Source: Pavona decussata
Lineage: Eukaryota
Assembly (NCBI GenBank): GCA_977016875.1
Contig: CDRNST010000007.1
Span: 2,232,001-2,296,000, forward strand
Direction of reading: 5' to 3'
Length of the DNA: 64,000 bases
A program made the position numbers and the translations under genes. The notes beneath the pieces were generated by a model, which was not told the DNA's origin, did not search any database, and saw nothing but the letters and a program-made list of their open reading frames with translations. Below are positions 35,701 to 47,700 of the stretch, piece after piece. Numbering within the stretch: position 1 is the first letter of the stretch; every line of letters starts with the position of its first letter.

Positions 35701-38700
35701 CTAAACACTCCTCGGTTTTGAAAAGTCATTTTATGTGCACAATGTTTATTACAAGAATTTCGATTTTCAAACCGTTGCAATTTCTTGATTTTCTTCAAAA
35801 TCTCAAGATCGTCCAAGTTGTCTTAAATATAATCAAAAGAAACAAATAAGTACTTTAGTGATACATCATCAAAGGAAAAAAATGAAATGTTGAGCGGTAT
35901 TTATTGTAACTTTAAAAAGTTATGAACGCGTTCAAAGACGACAGCATGGGCATTTTGTATCACCCCTCCTTTCGGTGTCTTTTAATACTTGGCCGTTCAA
36001 ACAATAAAATCCGAGAGCTAAAATCGAAAACCTCATGCCTCGAAGACAGAGTGTGACTTTTCTAGGCAAAGACGGGACTCGGACTTTTTTTTTTTTAATT
36101 TTTTTTTTTTTTTGTAAGTGTTTGAGCGCTTCTGGGAAGTTGTACTGAAATGCTTTTCCAATTGACCGATTCTTTGTATTCCTAACAGTTTTCGCGAACT
36201 TTTGTTTAAAAAAGTTCTTCGCACGGGTCAATAAATTTGCTTCAAAATTGACTCTCAATTCTTTCAAATCGCTTCACACGTTTTGCTCACCTTGACGCGT
36301 TCGCTTTTCAGATGTTACCAAAGGTTTATTGAATGACTTTGAAATCAATAGCATGAGAGGACACTTTTTTACGTGTTTCGGCCTAAACAAGGCAGCACGC
36401 TACCTTGGTGATCAAAGAAGTGGGTGTACCTCTGTTGACTTTGTTGAAAATTCTGTCGATTCCACAGAATCCTTATCAAGGAGTGTAAATATGCGTAATT
36501 CTGTGGTGGTTATCATAGTTTATTATTTTTCGGTTCATTTCCGTCACATAACATGGAAAGAGCTAAGAAGCTCTGTCGTTTTTTACTAGTGAATGCGTGC
36601 ATGCGCGATGAACGAGTTATCGTGATCTGGACTTGAATTTCACTCGCTCGCTAGCTCGCTCGATCAGATGTAAACTTTTTATTAACTTAATTGGAGTTTA
36701 ATCAAAAACATAAATTATTCATGAGTTACGTATAGTGCATGAATTCACCGTCAAAACCCTCAACAACTTATAAATACCAATCAGAATAACCTTATTCAAT
36801 GTATAGGGAACAATTTGGCGATCATTTCAGTGTAAGAATAAAGATTTTTCTTTAAATCACAGCAGGAGTAATAAGGTTTTTCAGTTTTGAAAGAACGGCA
36901 GTGTTACAAATTCAATTAGTGGAAAATTGACCAGAAATTTTTTTTTCACTGCGCATCAGAATAATCTTATTCAATCTGTAGAGAATAATTCGACAATTAC
37001 TTTAGTGCAAGAATGGAGATTTTTCGTTAAATTTGTGCAAAGTTGTAAGGTTTTTTTTCGTTTTTTCACAAAGTGCGGTTTCCTCAATTCAATTAGTGAA
37101 GTGTTGGCATGAACTTTAAAAAAAAAAAGACACGCGAAAATTTTTTACTCGGCGCATCAAAATAATCTTATTCTGAATCAATCAGTATAGGGAATAAGTT
37201 TACAATAATTTTAGTACAAGAATGGTTATTTTTCGTCAAAATCGGGCAAAGATATAATTTCTTTTAATTTTCAAGGTAGAGTAGTGTCTTAATTTCAATT
37301 ACTGAGGTGCCATCTACGTTCACGAGTTGGCTCACAGGAGCCCTTGATAGTAGTTGTAGCAGTTTTCATTGGTTATTGGTATAAATTCTTTAGCATCCCA
37401 TATGCAACGTTGTTGATTTTAATCGATCCTAAATTACGTATAGATTGTCAGAAGCCCCTCGTCTCTGATGCTGAATTAACTGCCTCTTCAAGATATGATG
37501 ATGGTTTAGCTGCCAGCAAAGCCATATTAGGTCAAACATCAGGATCCTGGGCAGCTGGCAAACCCGATGAAAACCAATGGCTTCAGGTTGATCTACAAGA
37601 GAACAACTTCAAAGTAACACGTGTGGCAACCCAGGGAAGAAGCCAAACCGCTCAGTGGGTGAAAAAGTACAAATTGCAGTACAGCGATGATGGAGAGAAC
37701 TTCAAGTACTACAAGGAACAAGGACAAACAACTGACAAGGTGATATACTTGTCTATTTGACGTTAATACATATAGATAGGTTAGCCTGACAGAAGAACTT
37801 CTAAGGCCCCGTGCAAGGATTTATTGATTTAGACACCCACTGATTTCTCTCGTGTTCAGTTCAGCTCAGTTCAGTTCAGTTTATTGTTTTGCCATAAGTT
37901 GCATTGTACAGAAGCATGTCTCATTATTTAAACGCTAAATGGCGAGGAAGCCCAAGGGAAGCCACCGGGCTTATAACGAATCAGCTCCCTCAGTTAAATA
38001 ATTACCTATAGATTGTCAAAAGCCCCTCGTGTTAGGGAGAGCCTAATCAAAGAACTTGAATTTCATTGTCATTATTGTTATTAAATGGAATTTTGTTATT
38101 TAGTAATTTAGAGAGTTGGGTTATTTTGTCTGCATGACTAATTAACTTGTCGGGACTGTCATGTTAATCTTATGATTGAAGTTCTAGGTTATCCTACAGG
38201 GGCAGGTTGTTGAGAAGCCGACTAACGCTAATCCACGGTTACATTTTAATCGAGGTTTTTAGCTCGATCATTAAAAATGGTTTTAAAAGCTAATTTCGAG
38301 CTAAAGGTAAAGAAAGGTCTCAGTAAAAGCTGAGAACCAAAAATCTTTTGGAAGAATCTTTATCGATTAGCAATTAAACTCCAGTCAAAGTTTGCGTTAA
38401 TCCAGGATTAGCTTAATGGAGCTTTGAACAACTGGGCCCAGAATGTCAATCTTATGATTCAAGATCTAGGTTATCCGACACAAATGTTTAGTAGTTCAAT
38501 AGTAGTTGATAGATTTTGGTATTTTGTCATGTTAACAATTTCTGTGAAACATTTATGCTTGATAATTCTTGCTGACCTTAGCTTGGAACACCGTTAAAAT
38601 TCCGTACCTTAGTGTGTTGTTTTTGAACTGCCGTTCTCTGCAATATTTTCATTGGATACCTGTTATTTTAACGTGTGGTCGTTAGGTTCATTTGGGTTTT

Positions 38701-41700
38701 CTTAGTTGAGTGGGAAAGAGGATTCTGAAAGTCTCGAGGTCAATTAACCCAAACATGTTTACACGTAGGGTATATAATTGTGAACCTTTGTTCAGTAATA
38801 AAGTTTGTTGCTTAGTTGGAGTCGTTGTTGCTTAGTCTGTTGGTTCCTCATACAGCTTAGAAAAAAGAGCTAAGAAGACTCTCGGTACCTGTCCGGAAGC
38901 GAGTCGCTTATTGGGCATCCAACATTATTCTAGGAATTACGGGTTCCTCCACCAAAATTAAAAATAATTCGATAATTTTGGAGAACTGGAATTTCTAAAT
39001 AAACTTAATTTGTATGTAAAATAATCTCTAGAATGTTCCTATCTTTCTTATTCAGGAGTTTGAAGGAAACGCAGACAAGAACACCATTGTATATCATGAC
39101 CTCCACCTACCAATTTGGGCACGTTACATTCGTTTTCGGCCAACAGAATGGAATTACTGGATAGCAATGAGGGTGGAGCTGTATGGCTGCCAAGGTAATA
39201 CTGAATGCCATAGTTAGAAGGTTCGCTTATTTATTGGGCGTTTCTAAACACTCCTCGGTTTTGAAAAGTCATTTTATGTGCACAATGTTTATTACAAGAA
39301 TTTCGATTCTCAAACCATTGCAATTTCTTGATTTTCTTCAAAATCTCAAGATCGTCCAAGTTGTCTTAAATATAATCAAAAGAAACAAATAAGTACTTTA
39401 GTGATAAATCATCAAACGAAAAAAAATGAAATGTTAAGCGGTATTTATTGTAACTTTAAAAAGTTATGAACGCGTTCAAAGACGACAGCATGGGCATTTT
39501 GTATCACCCCTCCTTTCGGTGTCTTTTAATACTTGGCCGTTTAAACAATAAAATCGGAGACCTAACATCGAAAACCTTATGCCTCAAGACAGAGTGTGAC
39601 TTTTCTAGGCAAAGACGGGACTCGGAATTATTATTATTATTTTTTTAAATTTATTTTCTTGTAAGTGTTTGAGCCCTTCTGGGAAGTTGTACTGAAATGC
39701 TTTTCCAATTGACCGTTTCTTTGTATTCCTAACAGTTTTCGCGAACTCTTGTTTTAAAAAAAAGTGCTTCGGATGGGTCAATAAATTGGCTTCTTAAACT
39801 CATTAATAATTCATCAAGAGAAAACACAGAAAATCACTACCGTGACCGTCGTTTGGATATGTGATCCTAATTACCATAAAATTTTGCCAACTTTAGGCTT
39901 GATTTTTTCCAAGAGTTATTGATCATTTGAGAAGCCATATCCAACATTCGAAAGTGTGTTTTATCAGATATCCAAATACCTCGAAGTGGTTTAAAAAAAC
40001 TCGGCTGCGCCTCGTTTTTTCAACCTACTTCTTAGTGTTTGGATATCTGATGAAACACTCTTCCTCGTGTTTGATATATTACTTCAAAATTGACTCCCAA
40101 TTCTTTCAAATCGCTTTATACGTTTTGCTCAACTTGAAGCGTTCGCTTTTAAGACGTTAACAAAGTTTATCTGAATGACTTTGAAATCACTAGCATGAGA
40201 GGACATTTTTTTTACGTGTTTCGGCCTAAACAAGGCAGCACGCTACCTTGGTGATCAAAGAAGTGGGCGTACCCTTGTTGACTGTGTTGAAAATTCATTC
40301 GATTCCACAGAACCCTTATCAAGGAGTGTAAATATGCGTAATTCTGTGGTGGTTATCATAGTTTATTATTTTTCGATTCATTTCCGTCACATAACATGGA
40401 AAGAGCTAAGAAGATCTGTCGTTTTTTACTCGTGAATGCGCGCATGCGCAATGAACGAGTTATCGTGATCTAGACTTGAATTTCACTCGCTCGCTAGCTC
40501 GCTCGATCAGATGTAAACTATATATTAATTTCATCGGAATTTAATCAAAAACATAAATTATTCATGAGTTACGTGTAGTACATGAATTCACCATCAAAAC
40601 CCTCAACAACTTATAAATACAAATCAGAATAACCTTATTCAATGTATAGGGAACAATTTGGCGATCATTTCAATGTAAGAATAGAGATTTTTCTTTAAAT
40701 CTCAGCAGGAGTAATAAGGTTTTTCAGTTTTGAAAGAACTGCAGTGTTTCATATTCAATTAGTGGCAAATTTACCAGAAATTTTTTTCGCGTCGCATCAG
40801 AATAATCTTATTCAATCTGTAGAGAATAATTTGACAATTATTTTAGTGCAAGAATGGAGATTTACCGTTAAATCTGTGCAAAGTTGTGAGTTTTTTTTTT
40901 TTTTTTTCGTTTTTCCACAAAGTGCGGTTTCCTAAAATAAATTAGTGAAGTGTTGGCATGAACTTTAAAAAAAAAAGCACGCGAAAATTTTTTACTCTGC
41001 GCATCAAAATAACTTTATTCTAAATCAATATATAGAGAATAAGTTTACAATCATTTTAGTACAAGAATGGTTATTTTTCGTCAAAATCGACCAAAGATAT
41101 AATTTCTTTTAATTTTCAAGGCAGAGTAGTGTCTTAATTTCAATTACTGAGGTGCCATCTGCGTTCACGAGTTGGCTCACAGGAGCCCTTGATAGTAGTT
41201 GTAGCAGTTTTTATTGGTTATTGGTATAAATTCTGTAGCATCCCATATGCAACGCTGTTGATTTTAATCGATCCTAAATTACGTATAGATTGTCAGAAGC
41301 CCCTTGTCTCTGGTGCTAAATTAACTGCCTCTTCAAGATATGATGATGGTTTAGCTGCCAGCAAAGCCACATTAGGTCAAACATCAGGATCCTGGGCAGC
41401 TGGCAAACCCGATGAAAACCAATGGCTTCAGGTTGATCTACAAGAGAACAACTTCAAAGTAACACGTGTGGCAACCCAGGGAAGAAGCCAAACCGCTCAG
41501 TGGGTGAAAAAGTACAAATTGCAGTACAGCGATGATGGAGAGAACTTCAAGTACTACAAGGAACAAGGACAGACAACTGACAAGGTGATATACTTGTCTA
41601 TTTGACGTTAATACATATAGATAGGTTAGCCTGACAGAAGAACTTCTAAGGCCCCGTGCAAGGATTTATTGATTTAGACACCCACTGATTTCTCTCGTGT

Positions 41701-44700
41701 TAGGAAGAGCCTAATCGGAGAACTTGAATTTCATCGTCATTATTCTTATCAAATGGAATTTTGTTATTTAGAATTTAGAGAGTTGGGTATTTTTGCCTGC
41801 ATGACTTAATGACTTGTGACTGTCATGTTAATCTTATGATTCAAGGACTAGGTTATGCGACACAAATGTTAGTATGTTAATGGTAGTTGATGGATTATTT
41901 TGGTATGTTAACAATTTCTGTGAAACAGCCATGCTTGATAATTGTTGCTGACCTTAGCTTGGAACACCGTTAAAATTCTGTTCCTTAGTGTGTTGTTTTT
42001 GAACTGCCGTTCTCTGCATTTTTTTCATTGGATACCTGTTATTTTAATGTGTGGTCCTTAGGTTCATTTGGGTTTTCTTAGTTGAGTGGTAAAGAGGATT
42101 CTGAAAGTCCTCAAGGTCAGTTTACCCAAACATGTTTACACGTACGGTATATAATTGTGAACCTTTGTTCAGTAATAAAGTTTGTTGCTTAGTTGGAGTC
42201 GTTGTTGTTTAGCCTGTTGGTTCCTCATAAAGCTTAGAAAAAAGAGCTAAGAAGACTCTCGGTACCTGTCCGGAAGCGAGTCCCTTATTGGGCATCCAAC
42301 ATTATTTTAAGAATTACGGGTTCATCGACTAAAATTAAAAATAACTCGATAATTTTGGAGAACTGGAATTTCTGAATAAACTTAATTTGTATGTAAAATA
42401 GTCTCTAGAAGAGGATGACAGAAGTTACTGCCGAAACATGTTTTATAGACTCAAAAGCTTTTTCGCTTTCCTTAAAATCAGTATAATGTTCCTATCTTTC
42501 TTATTCAGGAGTTTGAAGGAAACGCAGACAAGAACACCATTGTCTATCATGACCTCAATCCACCAATTTGGGCACGTTACATTCGTTTTCGGCCAACAGA
42601 ATGGAATTACTGGATAGCAATGAGGGTGGAGTTGTATGGTTGCCAAGGTAATACTGAATGCCATAGTTAGAAGGTTTGCTTATTTATTGGGCGTTTCTAA
42701 ACACTCCTCGTTTTGAAAAGTCATTTTGTTTGCACAATTTCTATTTTTCAAACCGTTGCAGTTTCTTGATTTTCTTCAAAACCTCATAAGACCATCCAAA
42801 TTGTCCTAAATGTAATCAAAACAAGCAAATAAGTACTTAAGTAATACATCATCAAACAAAACGTCATATGTTTAGTGGTGTTTATTGTAACTTTGAGAAG
42901 TTATGAACGCGTTCAAAGACGACAGCATGGACATTTTGTATCACCCCTCCCTTCCGTGTCTTTTAATACTTGGCCCTTTAAACAATAAAATCCGAGAACT
43001 AACATCGAAAAAGTTATGCCTCGAAGACAGAGTGTGACTTTTCTAGGCAAAGACGGGACTCGGGCTTTTATTATTTTTATTTTTTTTGTAAGTGTTTGAG
43101 CCCTTCTCGGAATTTGTACTGAAATGCTTTTCCAATTGACCGATTCTTTGTATTCCTAACAGTTTTCGCGAACTTTTGTTTAAAAAAATTCTTCGCACGG
43201 GTCAATAACTTCGCTTCAAATTGACTCCCAATTCTTTCAAATCGCTTTATACCTGTTTCTCACCTTGAAGCGTTCGCTTTTCAGGCGTGAAAAAATGTTT
43301 ATCTGAATGAATTTTTCATTTAGGAAAGCGTTTTTGTTTGTTTTCCTCCATGTTTTTTTAACTCAGCAATCGTACTCAAACAAACACATGTCCTCGCGAG
43401 CGGATCAATTTCGCAGCCCATCTGACGCGAGGATCAAATTTCAGCGTAGTTGTTCAAGTTTGTTTTTTGGGCAATTCTTAGTCCGCAACTAGTGTACTTT
43501 ATTTTGTACTTAAAATTCGAACTATTCTTTCCCAAAGGAGTGTTTTTGTTGTTGTTGTAGTTGTTGTTGTTGCGGTCGCCATCCGTCGGAGGAAATTGCT
43601 TGTCCCTAAGCTCAGTGTATGGCTTAGTTACGTTTAGAATGTAGGGCGTACTAAAGCCCTTTTCCACTACATACCTATAGACCTTGTAAGGGACTACCTC
43701 TCCCGAGATCAAAAGTAACGATCAAACACTCACCACTCGGAGCCTTTAACCAACCATTGTCTTCACCGGAGTCTTACGAAATAATAAATGGAAGACTAAT
43801 GAACATTGACCTTTCAGTTAAAGAATTATTAATAAAAAGAATTGCCTCATTAAACAGTCCTTGTACCTACAGCTATCAACCGTGACTCTATTTGCATCAT
43901 TTATTAACACTCACCTCATAAAAAAAAATCCATGACTTCTCACAATTATCATTTTCTGTACAGAAATCCTTTTTGCAACAGAAAAAAAATGCAGAATAAG
44001 AGACCCAAATGCAACGGCAAAATTTATATAATATATCCTCTGCATTCACGAGTTGCTCATAAGAGCCTTTGGTTATCAGTTAAGTTTAAGTATTTGAAAA
44101 ATGCAGGCAGTGCTGCTTACTTAATCGTTGTTTTTTCATTTTATCACTACAGAATCCACCAAAAAGCCACCACCAGACTACAAAGGTATGAGAAACACCT
44201 AAAGGCAAATAAAATTATGTAAATGAATTTTTTTCTTATACATAGGCAAGTAAAAACTAACGATATAAGGTTCCGACGTTTCGGCGACGTCATGACGCCA
44301 TTCTCAAGGAATGAATAATATAAGCGAGTTCAACAGAGTAAGATCTTAGATTAACATAATGAGTAATTTAAATAAATACTTTGGCGCGGATCGAATCTGA
44401 TTATACATTCAAGCGTGGTCTTAATTGTTTGATGTACAGCATTTCGTGAATTAAACAATCAAATTTGTTCCTGCATTTTTTCAGTACTTTGAAACAGCTA
44501 AGGAGGTCTTCAGGGACTGCGCTCGCGTGATCGTTATCATAATGTTTCCGCACAGAGGATGAAGTGCTGTTGTGGCCAATGACGCGCGCATGCAGATGAC
44601 CACGAGTATAACCAACATAGCTACCTCCCTCGCACAGGTTACATTGCAAACAATAAACTACACATTGTTGGTTAACTAGCTGTGGTTTTGGGCTCCAATT

Positions 44701-47700
44701 CTTGGAGGTCTTGGCCAATTTTGCGACTGACAAATACGGGTTGGATTGTAGTTTGGAGCTTAAGACTAAGGTCTTTCAACTGAGTCTTAACAATGTCAGC
44801 GGAAACTTGATCCTTAAAAGGAATGATCACACGGGCCACGTCACTTTCCATTACTGGCGAGGCCTGCGGTGTCTGCTGGTCAGCAACTCTCGAGTTGATA
44901 AAGGTGTTAATGGTGGAGTTGATGAGGTGTAGAGGGTACTTTAGGCGCGAAAACACAGACTTCAAGCGTTCACACTCGTCCGAAAAATAACTCCATGACG
45001 AGGATAACCGGTCCAGCATAGTTGTTAACAAGATGCCTGCTATACTGGCATTACGCGTGATGCTGGGGCTGATTCATTTATTCCAACTGTATGCTTCGCC
45101 GATTGATAAAACTATCCTTGCTAATGGAATAGTTTGAGTCACGACGATCGCGTTACGTTGTTTCCCTTGTGTTACGCTACTCAGGGTTTCAAGGGAAATT
45201 GCGGGAATTCCATTGCGATAACGTAAGCTTCTCAATGACCTCTTTTCAGTCTCGCGTCGTGGTCTAAGACTGTCAAACAAAGCACGATTCCTTCGCCAGG
45301 AATTTACCAATTTCCACCGTTTTAAATGTTGGGTGCTTCTTAGAAGTTATTCTTTCGATTTGCCCCTTCAAAATGGTGAAATTTCCGTTTGAAAACGGCA
45401 CACTTGAGTCCAGAACATGTTAACAATATGGCGCCAAATTTAATCTGTTTTTAATAAATAGATCAAATGATGCGTTGACGTCACACAGATAGGGGTGAGT
45501 GGGTCCCCTCCCTCGCGATGTAAGTGACAAGAATGGATTTTGCTTGGCCTGCTTCTGTTGAAGACAATCAGAACAATACACCCCGAGTAGGAGAGGGGTG
45601 AGTTTAATGAATAAATTAATGTACAGATTTGTAGCTACGAGGAAGAAAAAAAAAAAAAAAAAAGAAATCGACCCGTTTTTAGACACGGTATGCCCCTTCA
45701 GGGCATCCCGCGTAATAAGCTTTGTTTGTACCGGTTGTCTACGTGACTTTGGTAATGGAGAAGTAAGCCGGTATTAGCAGGTTTCACGTAAACCCTGGTC
45801 CCGATTTGAGGCGCTCGATTTAAGAGCTGGGTTCCGAGAAAGGGGAGCATCCCATCCTTTTCGATTTCCATGGTAAACTTGACAGCAGGGTGGGCGTGGT
45901 TGAGGGTATCAAGGAAATCCGTAGCTGCGGTGATATCGGGCATAACTGTGAGGGTATCATCGACAAATCTGCGGTAATAAGGAGGCAACTTGCCAACCAT
46001 CTTTAGTTCTTCTTCCAACGATGACATAAACACGTTAGCTAGTAACGGACCAAGGGGGGAACCCATAGCCACTCCATCGATTTGCTCATAGAGGTAGCCA
46101 TTACATTGGAACAGCTGGTCCTTCGTAGCCACACTCAGGAGATCAACGAGGTCCTCCTTTGATATGTTCAAGTCATATGTAGAGTTAAACCAGTTGTCCT
46201 TGAAGGCTTTCTCAGCGAGGATCTCGATGGTTCCATTCAATGGCACGTTGGTAAACAAAGACGACACATCATATGATACCATCTAAGATCTTACTCTGTT
46301 GAACTCGCTTATTGAACTCATTCCTTGAGAATGGCGTCATGACGTCGCCGAAACGTCGGAACCTTACATCGTTAGTTTTTACTTGCCTATGTATATCGAA
46401 AGCACTATTAATTATAATTTTTTTCTTGAATTGGAAATTTGCTGATCTATTAATAAATGTGATTCCGTCGCATTAGTTTGGGCAATTTAACTTTACAGCT
46501 GAGAAGCGAAATGCTAAACAAACTCATGATATCATGATATCCATATCTACGATACTAGATCACTAGATCGGTGCTCTACCAAGTGAGCTGAGCATTTTGT
46601 GAGTTTGTAATTTATATTAGCCTATCACAAAGCAGAGATGGGAGTTGCAATACCATATATATGAACTTCAGATGAAAGAATTAATAAATGAGCTAGACAC
46701 CTTCGTTGTTAATATGTATCAGTTAAAGATGATGGCGTATGGAACGATTTTTTAAAGCAACATTGTTAGTATTGTGTTACTGAACATAGCGCGCGGACAC
46801 CTTTTAACGAAGAAATTCCTTTCCGGCAAAACATTTCAAATTTTATCTGTCTTCTTAAAAGTTAAAACATGTTGTCCGCGCGTTATGTTGCGATCAAATG
46901 TGCCGTGTAAAATCATCTAAATATTTCATGCCTTGTACGGTTTACCGATACAAAGGTGGGGATACACAGCTAACATAACAACATCCTGGGCTTCAACAGT
47001 ATGCGTAGTATGGGTGGAAAATGTAAAAGAATTTAGCAGTTAGATACGCAATTGGGTTTTGAAAATCCATTCTTTGATTCCACCAAGGGTTATGTAAAGA
47101 GTCAAGAGATTTGTGGAGTTTGAATGGACCAATAATAAAGAGCCTTGACAAATTGGAAAACACATGATTGGGCCACAAGGTGTCTTTTTCATTTGTATCG
47201 TTAAAATGTTTCACGAGAGTGGCATGGATGCAATTGAGTAAGGAAAAACAAGCCGCGGTTATCAATAATGGCCGAAAACTCCCATTTTTCTTTGTCCCAT
47301 CGAAAGTTCAACCCCCCCCCCCCCCCCCCCAACACTACCAACAACCATGGTCCCATGGTCGTGACATTTTATCCTAAGTGTCAAGTTATTTGTATCGATT
47401 CCATAAATTGTCAAAATGCTCTCGGACGCTCTCTTGGTTATCACTCTGGACCAGGTTGCTCGAAAGCTGATTAACGCTAATCTACGATTAAAAGTTAACC
47501 GAGGTTTTCATCTCGCTCATTATTGTGGTTTTTGAAAGCTCGTTTTAAGCTAATGTTAAAGACAAGTCTAAATCAAAAATTGAGGACAAAAAACTTTGGA
47601 AGAATCTTTAATGATTAGTCATTAAATTGGAATCAACGTTCACGTTAAAATAATCCAGGATTACGGTTTAATCGGGCTTTGAACAATTGAGCCCTGATCA

